A stretch of 64,000 bases of DNA from an uncultured Methanosarcinales archaeon (GTDB lineage Archaea; Nanobdellota; Nanobdellia; Woesearchaeales; CAYMBN01), in the NCBI GenBank assembly GCA_964388715.1, contig CAYMBN010000007.1, positions 1 through 64,000 of the forward strand, in the 5' to 3' direction. The notes beneath the pieces are model-generated. The model was not told the origin of the DNA. It searched no databases and saw only the letters and a program-made list of their open reading frames with translations. Positions 39,114 to 49,288 of the stretch are shown piece by piece. The translations under genes and the position numbers were made by a program. The stretch's first letter is position 1, and each line of letters begins with the position of its first letter.

Positions 39114-39234
39114 GGTTTGTTCTAAGTCGCCAAATGGCAAGTGAGCTAGGGTGATATTCGTAAGACTACACTGTCAGCCAACATCTTGCTTTTAATAGAA
39201 GTTTTGGCTGAGCGAACGAGACTTGGAACAAACC
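39114..39234 (+). ncRNA. Candidate 121-nt structured RNA (or MITE-like element), family unknown
   Basis: 15-bp closing stem GGTTTGTTCTAAGTC/GACTTGGAACAAACC with one U-G pair. Internal hairpins GCC-AAAT-GGC, a GTAA-tetraloop stem and TCAGCCAA/TTGGCTGA. Locally GC-richer than its flanks. Confidence 0.5.
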
Positions 39235-39320
39235 AAAAAATCAAATCCATTTATATATAGTGGTAAAACAGCTAATAAACCACAATTAAACATTTAAATT
39301 TCCACTTCTTCTAACCAAAC

Positions 39321-41771
39321 ATGATACTTAAAAAAATTAAACTAGAAAACATAAGAAGTTACATCAATCAAACAATAGAATTTCCACAAGGAAGTGTGCT
39401 TCTTAGCGGTGATATTGGCTCAGGAAAATCAACTATCTTATTTGCACTAGAGTTTGCTTTATTCGGCTTAAAAAGAGTAACATTAAGTGGAAACACTTTG
39501 TTAAGAAATGGTGCTAAAGAAGGAAGTGTTGAAATCCACTTCACAATTGATAACAAAGAAATCATTGTAAAACGTAATCTTAAAAGAACAAGTAAAGATA
39601 TTAAACAAGAAGCAGGTTACATTGCAATAAACCAAATCAAATCAGAACTAACAGCAGTTGAATTAAAAGCAAAAATTCTTCAACTTCTCGGCTACCCAAT
39701 GAGTCAACTTTCCAAAAGTAAGGATGTTATCTATCGTTTCACAGTCTACACACCACAAGAACAAATGAGACAAATTATTTATGAAAACAAAGATTTAAGA
39801 TTAGATACATTAAGAAAAGTATTTGGAATTGACAAATATAAGAAAGTAAAAGAAAATTGTGCATTCTATATTCGTAAATTAAAAGAAAAAATCAATTACC
39901 AAGAAGGAACAATATTAGATCTTGACCAAAAACAAACATCTAAAAAACAAAAACAAGAACAAATCACATTAATCAACCAGAAAATACAAGACCTAAACCC
40001 AAAAATACAACAAATTCAAGAACAAATTAAAAAAAAGAAACAAGAAATACAAGAAAACCAAGAAAAACTAAACCAATTAAACGAATTAAAAAAACAATTT
40101 CATGTTTTTGAAATGCAATTAAATGAAAAAACATCAACAATCAATAAAAACAATGATGAACTAAAACTTCTTGAACAAGAAATCACTGTATTAAACGAAA
40201 AATTAAACAAATTTGAACTAAAAAAACCAGAATATGACACAGAATTCGTTGAAAAACAAATAGAACTTCTAAATGAACAATTAAAACAAAGAAACATTCT
40301 AACAGAAAGAATTCATTTATATAATAAAAAGATCACAGAATTAGCAGTTGAAATCGACGATAAAAACAACAAATTAAAAGATCTTGACCAAAAAAAACAA
40401 TTGTTTGAAAAATTAGAATTTGATCTAAAAAACAAAGAAAGAATCAAACAAGATATCATAAACATTGAACAACTTTTATTCCAATTAAACAGTAAAATTA
40501 AAGAAAACGAAGTAAAAAAAGAAAGTTCTGAGAAACTTAAAAAGACAGTCACAGACCTAGAAAATTGTCCAACTTGTTTACAAAAGGTAAGTTTAAGGCA
40601 CAAAGCAGAAATAACTAAAAAAGAAGGAGACAAAGTAAGATATTTTATTCAAGAACTAAAAAATCTTAATACAAAAAAGACAATAAAAACAACTGAACTT
40701 GAGAAAGTTAAAGAAGATTTTGAAAAATTACTAAAAAATGAAACACAATTTGCCCAACTTAAAGTTGAAGTTGAAACATTAAGTGACGCAGACAAAGAAA
40801 TCCAATCAAAACAAGAAAGATTAGATGTCATGAAAAAAGAACTTTCTGAATATAATGAAAAAATAGAAAAAATAAAATCAGAAGAACAATTACAAAGATC
40901 AATACTTGACAATAAAGATGTTCTCAAAAACATCCAAAATTACCAAATCAAATTAAAAGAAAAAAACTTTATCCAGGAAAAAATAAAAGATAAACAAGAA
41001 AACACAAAAAAAATCAACACCAACATAACAACAATAAAACAAGAAATCAACAAAATCAACAATTCAAAACAAGAATTAACACAAAAAATTCAACAATTCA
41101 AAGAAATTGAAGAAAGTAAAGCAAAACAAGAACTTGAAAACTTAATGAAAACAGAAAAACAATTTGAAGTTGAAAAACATGGATATAACACAGAAATTGA
41201 AACAATAAATAAAATTATAGCCACACTAAACACTGAAATTCAACAAAAACTAGAAACAAAGAAAAACATAGCAGAACAAAAAAAACTACGTAACTGGTTA
41301 GATGAATATTTCATCAACCTTGTTAGTGTAATTGAAAAAAACGTTATGCTCAAAATTTACAATGAATTCAATGAACTCTTCCAAAAATGGTTTAATATTC
41401 TCATTGAAGACGAAACAATTAATGTAAGATTAGACGAAGAATTCACTCCATTAATCATGCAAAATGGTTATGAAACAGAGATAATCAATCTTTCTGGTGG
41501 AGAAAAAACAAGTTGTGCTTTAGCATACAGGCTAGCATTAAACAAAGTCATCAACGATGTCCAAAGCACAATCAACACAAAAGACATAATAATTTTAGAT
41601 GAACCAACAGACGGTTTCAGCACAGAACAACTAGATAAAGTACGTAATGTTTTGGAAGAACTCAACATGCAACAAGTAATAATCGTCAGCCACGAATCCA
41701 AAATAGAATCCTTTGTTGAAAACGTAATCCAAATAGTCAAGAACGAACATATTAGTAGTGTTGTCAATTGA
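39321..41771 (+). CDS. rad50: Rad50/SbcC-family SMC-like ATPase
   Basis: Walker A GDIGSGKST, central CPTC zinc hook, LSGGE, IIILDEPT, VSH and coiled coils. Confidence 0.88.
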   Translation: MILKKIKLENIRSYINQTIEFPQGSVLLSGDIGSGKSTILFALEFALFGLKRVTLSGNTLLRNGAKEGSVEIHFTIDNKEIIVKRNLKRTSKDIKQEAGYIAINQIKSELTAVELKAKILQLLGYPMSQLSKSKDVIYRFTVYTPQEQMRQIIYENKDLRLDTLRKVFGIDKYKKVKENCAFYIRKLKEKINYQEGTILDLDQKQTSKKQKQEQITLINQKIQDLNPKIQQIQEQIKKKKQEIQENQEKLNQLNELKKQFHVFEMQLNEKTSTINKNNDELKLLEQEITVLNEKLNKFELKKPEYDTEFVEKQIELLNEQLKQRNILTERIHLYNKKITELAVEIDDKNNKLKDLDQKKQLFEKLEFDLKNKERIKQDIINIEQLLFQLNSKIKENEVKKESSEKLKKTVTDLENCPTCLQKVSLRHKAEITKKEGDKVRYFIQELKNLNTKKTIKTTELEKVKEDFEKLLKNETQFAQLKVEVETLSDADKEIQSKQERLDVMKKELSEYNEKIEKIKSEEQLQRSILDNKDVLKNIQNYQIKLKEKNFIQEKIKDKQENTKKINTNITTIKQEINKINNSKQELTQKIQQFKEIEESKAKQELENLMKTEKQFEVEKHGYNTEIETINKIIATLNTEIQQKLETKKNIAEQKKLRNWLDEYFINLVSVIEKNVMLKIYNEFNELFQKWFNILIEDETINVRLDEEFTPLIMQNGYETEIINLSGGEKTSCALAYRLALNKVINDVQSTINTKDIIILDEPTDGFSTEQLDKVRNVLEELNMQQVIIVSHESKIESFVENVIQIVKNEHISSVVN

Positions 41772-41773
41772 AA

Positions 41774-42514
41774 ATGAATAAAAGTAATTTATTATATTGG
41801 TTCCCAAAAATAAAAGATTTAGAAATTCCAGTACCAAAAACAAAAACATTAGAACTTAATCCTAAAAATGATGATTTAATTAGCATATTTGATGGTAATT
41901 CTCAACCATTAGATTCTCAGATGGAAAGAATCCTAAATAAAACAAAAGAAATTGGTTATCCATTATTCATGAAAACAGGAGAATTTAGTGGAAAACATTA
42001 TTGGAAAACCACTTGCTATGTTGAAAAAGAAGAAAATTTAAGACGACAAATAGTTAATCTCATTGAAATGAGCTTATGTGCGGATATAACTGACAATTTA
42101 CCAATTGATGCTCTTGTTTTCAGAGAATACATTCCAATGAAAACTTTATTTACTGGTTTTTTTGGTGAAACTCCAATTAACCCTGAATTTAGATTTTTTA
42201 TTAATAATGGAAAGGTACAATGTGGGCATTGGTATTGGGTAGAAGATGCTATAGCAATAGCAGAACATAGGTTACCAAAGGGATGGAGAGTTCCTTTAAG
42301 ATATGCTAAAGATTTTTATTCCTCTAAAGAACATATTTTTCTTTTAACACAACATGCTCAAAAAATCGCAGATGTGCTCCCAGATCATTGGAGTATTGAT
42401 TTTTGTTTAAGTAAGGACGATAAATGGTATTTAATTGATATGGCATTAGGAGAAGTAAGTGAACATTTGTCCTGTCCAGAAACAAATATTCTAAAATATG
42501 ATTTAAAGAGTTAA
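41774..42514 (+). CDS. ATP-grasp-fold protein
   Basis: IPVPKT, GYPLFMKT, VFREYI, EFRFFI, WSIDF...WYLIDM. Confidence 0.65.
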   Translation: MNKSNLLYWFPKIKDLEIPVPKTKTLELNPKNDDLISIFDGNSQPLDSQMERILNKTKEIGYPLFMKTGEFSGKHYWKTTCYVEKEENLRRQIVNLIEMSLCADITDNLPIDALVFREYIPMKTLFTGFFGETPINPEFRFFINNGKVQCGHWYWVEDAIAIAEHRLPKGWRVPLRYAKDFYSSKEHIFLLTQHAQKIADVLPDHWSIDFCLSKDDKWYLIDMALGEVSEHLSCPETNILKYDLKS

Positions 42515-42571
42515 AGAGCATAATTCCACAACATTTATTAACAACAACTATATTCCTAATTCTATCATGGG

Positions 42572-43348
42572 GTGATATATATGTTTGGATTGAACTTTTT
42601 TAGTAATATAAACCCAATCTGGGTGATTGTTATTCTGTATTTCTTGTCAGGACTAAAGATAATACAAGAATACCAACGTGGAGTAAGATTTTTCTTTGGT
42701 AAATATACTGGAATAATGAAACCAGGATTGAGAATTATTCTACCAGTTATAATGTCATACCAAAGAGTAGATTTAAGAGTAAAAGCAGTTGACGTACCTG
42801 ACCAAGATGCAATAACAAAAGACAATGTCAGCATCAAAGTCAATGCAGTATTATATTACAAAGTAGCAGAAGCAAAAAAAGCAATTCTTGAAGTTGAACA
42901 TTTCAACTATGCAGTATCACAACTAGCACAAACAACAATGAGAGATGTTGTAGGAGAAGTTTCATTAGATGAACTTCTTAGCAAAAGAGATTCTATCAGT
43001 AAAAGAATAAGGGAAATTGTTGATAAAGCAACTGATCCATGGGGAATTAAAGTAGAATCTGTTGAACTTAAACATGTTGAGTTACCTGAGCAACTTAAAA
43101 GAACAATTGGTAAGGAAGCAGAAGCTGAAAGAGAAAAAAGAGCAGTAATCATCAAGGCACAAGGAGAAGTAATTGCATCAACAAACATGGCAAAAGCAGC
43201 AACAACATTAGCAAAAGCACGTGGTGCACTACATCTAAGAACACTACAAACATTAAATGATCTAAGCTCAGATCAAAGTAATACAGTTGTTTTAGGCATT
43301 CCTTTAGAAATGTTAAAAGCTTTTGAAGGTGTAAAGAAAAAGAAATAA
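42572..43348 (+). CDS. SPFH/stomatin-like (slipin) membrane protein
   Basis: EYQRGVRFFFGK, VDLRV, ITKDNV, ATDPWGIKV, AEAEREKRA, LRTLQTL. Confidence 0.93.
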   Translation: MIYMFGLNFFSNINPIWVIVILYFLSGLKIIQEYQRGVRFFFGKYTGIMKPGLRIILPVIMSYQRVDLRVKAVDVPDQDAITKDNVSIKVNAVLYYKVAEAKKAILEVEHFNYAVSQLAQTTMRDVVGEVSLDELLSKRDSISKRIREIVDKATDPWGIKVESVELKHVELPEQLKRTIGKEAEAEREKRAVIIKAQGEVIASTNMAKAATTLAKARGALHLRTLQTLNDLSSDQSNTVVLGIPLEMLKAFEGVKKKK

Positions 43349-43464
43349 ACTTTTATTTTTTCTTATTTTTTTCTAAATATTTTTATATTTAAGGTTCAAA
43401 TCCTTCTAATCCCATTAAACCATCAAATTCACTACTTACAGACGATATAACCAGGATATTTTTT

Positions 43465-43481
43465 AGAAAAGTTTATATATT
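43465..43481 (+). promoter_or_regulatory. BRE/TATA promoter
   Basis: GAAAAG-TTTATATAT upstream of a GAGGGTGG RBS and the ATG at 43528. Confidence 0.55.
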
Positions 43482-43527
43482 AGTAAACCAATTAATAACT
43501 TAATAAATAGAGTGAGGGTGGTAGTAA

Positions 43528-44988
43528 ATGAGAAAAACAATATTATCAATTCTAGTAGTGAGTCTTTTAGTGTTAGGTCTAGCAAACGCTGCAAACAATT
43601 TTGACATTTCATTAAAATCTATCAATGATAAGATTTTAATTACAGATGAAGCACTTTTTAAGCTTACAATAACAAACAATCAAGTCGCAGAAGATGATTT
43701 TGATCTTAAATTTGAAAATGATCTTTTATGGTCAATAAGAACAGAACCAGGTTATCATAAAAACACTGAATATGGTGTTACAATTGAAGCTGGAAAAAGT
43801 TTAACTACAGAAATTTACTTAAACCCTGCTGCAGACATTTCCTATTCAAAGTATAATATTAAATTAAAGGTAACATCAAAAGCAAAAGGACAAGTAAAAG
43901 AACTTACTCTACCTGTTTATGTTACAGCAGAACTTGGTGATGTCCAATACTTACCAAATATTAAAGGTTCAATCATAATGCCAAATGAAGGCAAGATCGA
44001 TCCAAGAGAACCTGCTACAATAAAAATCAGGCTTGAAAATAAAAATACTCGAAACATAACAGACCTTAAAATCAATGTAAAAAGTGAATTAATCAAATGG
44101 GAAGACACAACAACTTTAGAACCATTAGAAACAGATAAAGTAATTAATATCTATGCAGAATTTGACCCAAAACACCCTCCAGCAAAAGATAAACTTGAAG
44201 TAACTCTTAAAACAGGAGGATACACATTTACACCAACTGCAAAAGAATTTGAAATCATTGATTATACAGGTGCTCTTACAAGAGATGTAAAAGAAGAAAA
44301 GTCATTCCTTAAAAAAAGAAAAGAGATTGTATTTACAAATGATGGTAATACACTTAGAAAAGAAAGAGCACAAATACCAGCTTCCTGGTTCAAAAGAGTT
44401 TTTACAAAAACAAACCCAGCTTCATTAATTGTTAAAGGTGAAGACGGCAAAACCAACCTAGCATGGGATATTGAACTTGCTCCAGGAGAATCATCTGATC
44501 CAGTTACAGTAACAACCAATTATCGATCATTTTTTTATATATTATTGATAATTATAATCTTAATTAGCGCATACTACTGGCTCCAAAGTCCAGTTGGTGT
44601 AACAAAATCAGCATCAAGTATAGAGAAGAAAGAAGGTGGAATATCTGAAATAAAGATAGTACTTAATGTAAAGAATAACACACTTAACCAAATTAATGAC
44701 GTTGAGGTTATTGACACTATTCCAAACATTGCTGAACTTAAAAAAGATTTCCAATTAGGCACATTAAAACCTACAAAAGTATTACACCATGAAACAACAC
44801 ATTCATCTGTTGCAACATGGAAACTTGATGACCTTGAACCAAATGAACACAGAATAATTTCATACAGAATAAAGTCAAAACTAAGCATTTTAGGTGACTT
44901 TACTTTACCACCTGCAAAAGTACGCTTTAAAGCTAAAGGAGGTAAAAGATTGGTTGTGCAATCCAACAGATTGCCTGTCCATAACTAA
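43528..44988 (+). CDS. Membrane-anchored protein with extracellular and cytoplasmic Ig-like domains
   Basis: Signal peptide, beta-rich repeats, TM segment FFYILLIIIILISAYYWL and a C-terminal DUF11-like domain. Confidence 0.7.
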   Translation: MRKTILSILVVSLLVLGLANAANNFDISLKSINDKILITDEALFKLTITNNQVAEDDFDLKFENDLLWSIRTEPGYHKNTEYGVTIEAGKSLTTEIYLNPAADISYSKYNIKLKVTSKAKGQVKELTLPVYVTAELGDVQYLPNIKGSIIMPNEGKIDPREPATIKIRLENKNTRNITDLKINVKSELIKWEDTTTLEPLETDKVINIYAEFDPKHPPAKDKLEVTLKTGGYTFTPTAKEFEIIDYTGALTRDVKEEKSFLKKRKEIVFTNDGNTLRKERAQIPASWFKRVFTKTNPASLIVKGEDGKTNLAWDIELAPGESSDPVTVTTNYRSFFYILLIIIILISAYYWLQSPVGVTKSASSIEKKEGGISEIKIVLNVKNNTLNQINDVEVIDTIPNIAELKKDFQLGTLKPTKVLHHETTHSSVATWKLDDLEPNEHRIISYRIKSKLSILGDFTLPPAKVRFKAKGGKRLVVQSNRLPVHN

Positions 44989-44990
44989 AA

Positions 44991-45305
44991 ATGTTTGTTG
45001 ATATAAACAAAAAATTGTATGGAAAAGTTAAATTACCTAAAGGTAAGATTCCTTTTATGCACCCAAGCGGCATCCAGTTTAAGCCAGGTGATAATACATT
45101 CTGGGAACTGAAGGATAGAAGTGGTAATATGGTTTATAGGAAGGTAACTAGAGAATACGCTGCACACAGAATCAAAAACTTTAACAAAAAAAACAATCTT
45201 GCTGATTACTATTGTTTTGGATTAAAATTTAACGAAGAAAACCTATGTCCAAAATGTGCAGTTAAAAACGAGTGTAAGAAACGTATGTTTAAAAAAGGCA
45301 ATTAA
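44991..45305 (+). CDS. Hypothetical protein with a C-terminal Cys cluster
   Basis: YCFG...CPKCAVKNEC. Confidence 0.65.
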   Translation: MFVDINKKLYGKVKLPKGKIPFMHPSGIQFKPGDNTFWELKDRSGNMVYRKVTREYAAHRIKNFNKKNNLADYYCFGLKFNEENLCPKCAVKNECKKRMFKKGN

Positions 45306-46096
45306 TTTTCTTCTTCATTTTTTTTCTGATTTTCAACATTCATCCGCAAATCTTCTGCATGCTTTAATTTCTTTAACAACTGTATTTCTATTTCACCAAA
45401 ATGTTGTTCTTGTAACAGGTCTATTTTTCGTGCATTTGAAAGATGTAACAATGGGATAAATGTATAAACTTTATCTTCTTTACTAGAACTAGGTATTAAC
45501 CTTGAAAATGTTAACTTTTTTTGATTTTTTGTAACATAAAAAAAAGATTTAATTGAAGTATATATTTCTCTAATAATTTGTGTAATATCTTTCTTTTTCT
45601 CAGGTAACTTAATCTCAGAAACATCAGGAATAGTACGTACAACCCGTTTATATTTAACTTCAATCGCCTTTTCCAAAGCATCCATTAACTCATAAATACT
45701 AACCTTTCTTCGTCTAGGCTGAGGTGTCCTTGGAATCAGTTTAAGATCATCCTCATTTGGTTGAGCATACATCTTTTTATATTCCTCATCAAGATCCAAC
45801 TCATCTTCTGCTTCCTCTGTTTCAGCAAAAAGCCTATCAAGATTAGCCAAATCAGCCCCAAGCAAACGCTTTGACTTAATTTTAAGCATAACTGCAGCTG
45901 CCAAAACAATCTTACCGCTTAGTCTAAAGTCAAACTCTTTTAACTGCTTAATTAACTCCAAATATTTTTGAGTAAGAACAGAAACATCAACATTCCACGG
46001 ATCCATCTTTTCTGTCCTAACAAGATCATAAATAATAGACTGCCAAGTAATATCATCCTTATCCATCAACATATTAAATATCTGTTCCTGTTCCAT
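45302..46096 (-). CDS. scpA: Segregation and condensation protein A (kleisin)
   Basis: MDPWNVDV, LSGKIVLAAAVMLKIKS, RRKVSIYELMDAL, TFIPLLHL, QEQHFGEI. Confidence 0.9.
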   Translation of the reverse strand: MEQEQIFNMLMDKDDITWQSIIYDLVRTEKMDPWNVDVSVLTQKYLELIKQLKEFDFRLSGKIVLAAAVMLKIKSKRLLGADLANLDRLFAETEEAEDELDLDEEYKKMYAQPNEDDLKLIPRTPQPRRRKVSIYELMDALEKAIEVKYKRVVRTIPDVSEIKLPEKKKDITQIIREIYTSIKSFFYVTKNQKKLTFSRLIPSSSKEDKVYTFIPLLHLSNARKIDLLQEQHFGEIEIQLLKKLKHAEDLRMNVENQKKNEEEN

Positions 46097-46224
46097 CTTA
46101 TATAATTAGTATTAATCGTCGTATTTATACTTTTCTATTGAAAATAGAAAAGGTTTAGAAAAAATTATGTTTTTTCTAAAAGTTTTCTATTGTAAATGAA
46201 AAGAAAAAAAGAAAAAATATAGAT

Positions 46225-47643
46225 TTAACAATCTATTCCAACAATACAAAACTCAGGTGCTCTGTTCACTTCATTAACAGTCACTTTCACGTCAATTGAT
46301 GAACTTAGTTCACCATCACTTGCTGTTATTGTAACAGTATGTTCACCTGCATCATCATAAGCTGTTTTGTATGATGCTGTTGTCATCCACCCACTGTATG
46401 TTACAGTTACTTCACTACCTTCAAGATCGCTTACTTTTGGATTAAATATAACTGTTTCACCTTCATTTACTGCAAAGTCTGCTATTGCTTCAATTGTAGG
46501 TGGTGTATTAAGAGTTGTAACAGTTATTTTAACAGTTACTTTAATAGTATCATATCCATCACTTACAGTTACTGTTGCATGATAAGTACCTGCATCACCT
46601 TCAGCAGTTTGCCATTCCCCATTCTCATTAAGTGGCTTACCATACTCAAATGTTAATTGTTCACCATCTGCATCAGTTGCTATTGGAGTAACCTTAACAA
46701 GATCACCTTCTTTAACAATTATATCATTAATTTTATCCAAAACAGGTGCTTTGTTAACATTCTCAACAGTAATGGTAATTTCTTTTGTTGCTGAGGAACC
46801 ATATGAATCAGTTGCAGTAACTTTTACTTTATGTGTACCAGCATCTTTATCAGTTGTAGTATAAGAACTACCTTGCATAAAACCACTATAAGATATTTCA
46901 ACTGCATCTCCTTCAGGATCACTTGCTTTTGGTTCAAGCTTGATTAAGTCTCCTTCATTTACAGTTAGGTCTTCAACACCAGTTATTACAGGTGGCTTAT
47001 TCCTAGACTTAACTTCAACCACAATAACCTTCTTTGATTCAAGTTTTCCATCACTTGCAGTTACAGTTATATCATAAAAACCAGCATCACCTTTCTCTGT
47101 TTGCCATTTTCCATCTTCATTAAGTGGATCAGAAAATGTATAAAGTAATTTATCACCATCAGGATCAGTTGAATGAAGATTCAAACTAACAAGATCACCT
47201 TCATAAACACTTATATCAGACTTTCTTGTTTCTTCAACAAGCTCAACTTCTTCAATAATAGGAACAGGTTCAATTACAGGCTCTTCTACAACAGAAGTAT
47301 CTGTTACTATTTCACCAGTCACTTTAACTCCACTTGCCTCTTCTGCTTTTCCTTCTTCAATCATTTCTTTAAGTTTCTCAAACTGTTCTTTAAAATCATC
47401 TTCTTCAGGAGTTTCTTCAACAACTTCTTCAGTAGCTCCTCCACCCATTATTACTTTATTACCTTGCTCATCAAGACAAATCCTTTGTTCATTTTCAACA
47501 TAACAAACTCTATTTGCTCTTGAAGCATTTGTTTCAGAAGGTACTTCAAAGTCCTCTTGTGACATATAAACATTTTTTGGTATACAAGCAGTAACCAAAA
47601 AAACTAGAACACTTAACAATATTATTAATTTAAATCCCCTCAT
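46225..47643 (-). CDS. Lipoprotein with tandem cadherin/Ig-like repeats
   Basis: Lipobox LVTAC. Four V-x-E-G-[DE]...D-x-[DE]-G...D-A-G...V-T-x-S-D-G...N-x-x-P repeats. Confidence 0.8.
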   Translation of the reverse strand: MRGFKLIILLSVLVFLVTACIPKNVYMSQEDFEVPSETNASRANRVCYVENEQRICLDEQGNKVIMGGGATEEVVEETPEEDDFKEQFEKLKEMIEEGKAEEASGVKVTGEIVTDTSVVEEPVIEPVPIIEEVELVEETRKSDISVYEGDLVSLNLHSTDPDGDKLLYTFSDPLNEDGKWQTEKGDAGFYDITVTASDGKLESKKVIVVEVKSRNKPPVITGVEDLTVNEGDLIKLEPKASDPEGDAVEISYSGFMQGSSYTTTDKDAGTHKVKVTATDSYGSSATKEITITVENVNKAPVLDKINDIIVKEGDLVKVTPIATDADGEQLTFEYGKPLNENGEWQTAEGDAGTYHATVTVSDGYDTIKVTVKITVTTLNTPPTIEAIADFAVNEGETVIFNPKVSDLEGSEVTVTYSGWMTTASYKTAYDDAGEHTVTITASDGELSSSIDVKVTVNEVNRAPEFCIVGIDC

Positions 47644-47778
47644 TTTTTAATTCACCCCTATATATTCTTATTGATTTTGTTATTATTAATCAATACACAA
47701 ACCATATTTAAACTTTATGGTAGTTATGACTCAAAAATAGGAAAAAGTTTTTAAGTAATACCACTCTCACCAAATGAT

Positions 47779-48213
47779 ATGAAAACCAAGAAAGTTACAA
47801 AGAAAAGTAGTAAAAAAATATTATTATTTGGATGCTTTGATTTAATACATAAAGGTCACCTAAATCTTTTTGAACAAGCAAACAAACATGGACAAATAAT
47901 AGTTGTAATAGCAAGAGACAAAACAATAAAAAAAATAAAAACCAAACCTCCAAAACACAAAGAAAAACAAAGATTGAAACATCTAAAAAAGATAAAAACA
48001 ATTTCGAAAGTTTACCTTGGGAACACAGGAAACAAATATAAAATAATTAAAAAGATAAACCCAGACATAATCTGTCTTGGATATGATCAAAAAATCTATG
48101 TAAAAGATTTAAAAAAAGAATTAAATAAAAGGAAACTAAAAATAAAAGTAATCCGGCTTAAACCTTACAAACCACATAAGTATAAGAGTTCTAAACTAAA
48201 GAAAACTTTATAA
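47779..48213 (+). CDS. ribL: FAD synthase / cytidylyltransferase family
   Basis: FGCFDLIHKGH (HxGH), VVIARD, PDIICLGYDQ, KSSK. Confidence 0.8.
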   Translation: MKTKKVTKKSSKKILLFGCFDLIHKGHLNLFEQANKHGQIIVVIARDKTIKKIKTKPPKHKEKQRLKHLKKIKTISKVYLGNTGNKYKIIKKINPDIICLGYDQKIYVKDLKKELNKRKLKIKVIRLKPYKPHKYKSSKLKKTL

Positions 48214-48237
48214 GTTAGTATTCAAATAAACAATAAT

Positions 48238-48384
48238 ATGATAGTAAAAATTGAAACCATAAAAAAGGGCTGTCCTGTTTGTAACAACACAGTAAAAGGA
48301 AATCAACAAATTAAGTATTACTGCAAGAATTGTAATATATTATTCTCACAAATCAATAATGAAATCATCCAAAAAAGAGGATAA
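48238..48384 (+). CDS. 48-aa zinc-ribbon protein not in the ORF track
   Basis: MIVKIETIKKGCPVCNNTVKGNQQIKYYCKNCNILF... carries two CxxC motifs. Confidence 0.7.
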   Translation: MIVKIETIKKGCPVCNNTVKGNQQIKYYCKNCNILFSQINNEIIQKRG

Positions 48385-49027
48385 AAAAGAGGCATCACTT
48401 GAAAAAGTGATGAAGGATCGCATTAATTTCCTAGTAGAAGAAACAATGCAAAAATTCTTAGGAGTTACAATTAGCGAACTTAACAAAGACCTTTCTGACA
48501 AAATATCAAGAAACCCTCTATTAGATTATGAAATAAACTCATCATTATCTTTCAAAGTAGCAAAAAAAATGTTCAAAAAACAATTCCTATCAAAACTAAT
48601 CAAAGCCCATTATGGAAATATTTCACTTGTTGCAAAAATTACTGGACTAAACAGACGTTCAATTCATAGGGCAGTAAAAGAACTTGGAATTAAGATACAC
48701 AAATTAAGAAAAGAAATGTTAACTCCAAAATACTTCAAAAAGGAAACAGTAGATAGTATACTAAGACATACTCTTGACAATTATAAAACAATTTTACATC
48801 CAACAAAACTACAAAAAATGTATGAAAATGTAGAAACAGTAACAGAAGATATCATTACACACTTACCAGAACTTCAAATGACATGGAAACAAGCTGAAAA
48901 AGAGTTTGAAAAAGAATATCTAAAAAAAGTTCTAAAAAACAACAACTTCAATCTAACAAAAACAGCAAAGAAAATCAAGTTAAGATATGAAACCTTGCTC
49001 AGAAAAATGAAGAAATTAGAGATATGA
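48359..49027 (+). CDS. Tandem double Fis-type (HTH_8) DNA-binding protein
   Basis: FKKQFLSKLIKAHYGNISLVAKITGLNRRSIHRAVKELGI and FEKEYLKKVLKNNNFNLTKTAKKIKLRYETLLRKMKKLEI. Confidence 0.8.
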   Translation: MKSSKKEDKKEASLEKVMKDRINFLVEETMQKFLGVTISELNKDLSDKISRNPLLDYEINSSLSFKVAKKMFKKQFLSKLIKAHYGNISLVAKITGLNRRSIHRAVKELGIKIHKLRKEMLTPKYFKKETVDSILRHTLDNYKTILHPTKLQKMYENVETVTEDIITHLPELQMTWKQAEKEFEKEYLKKVLKNNNFNLTKTAKKIKLRYETLLRKMKKLEI

Positions 49028-49115
49028 CATTTTTGTCCCACACATAGATATAACCATACAATAGTATTTATATTCTTAGACGTCTTATATATAGTAAGGT
49101 GATGTAATAGTCACA
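49023..49115 (+). promoter_or_regulatory. Promoter with paired palindromic operators (copy 1)
   Basis: TATGAC-N6-GTCCCA (49023-40), GTCTTATATATA (49082) and GGTGAT-N6-GTCACA (49098-115). Confidence 0.65.
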
Positions 49116-49155
49116 CTTATAAACAAACACAAAGAGGTCAAAAAAACACAACAAA

Positions 49156-49287
49156 ATGGTATGGTTTGATGATATAGGAAGAGTGCAACCAAATGTACCT
49201 GGATGTAGCGGGTATTCATCTAAAAGAGCACACGTAGCTACAGGCGGAGCTAGTGGATACGATAGTCATTTAAGACAAAAAAGATAA
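49156..49287 (+). CDS. 43-aa Gly/Ser-rich peptide not in the ORF track
   Basis: MVWFDDIGRVQPNVPGCSGYSSKRAHVATGGASGYDSHLRQKR. Its stop lies 1 nt before the next ATG. Confidence 0.55.
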   Translation: MVWFDDIGRVQPNVPGCSGYSSKRAHVATGGASGYDSHLRQKR

Positions 49288-49288
49288 A

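Noticed and set aside
39114..39234. Call as 5S rRNA, SRP RNA, tRNA, ykkC/PRPP riboswitch or hammerhead ribozyme
   Set aside because: Diagnostic motifs are absent. The CUAGGG match lies on the strand opposite prs and lacks the rest of the ykkC consensus.
39321..41771. Condensin Smc partner of the nearby ScpA
   Set aside because: It has a CPTC zinc hook, no hinge domain and only 816 aa, which indicates the Rad50 family.
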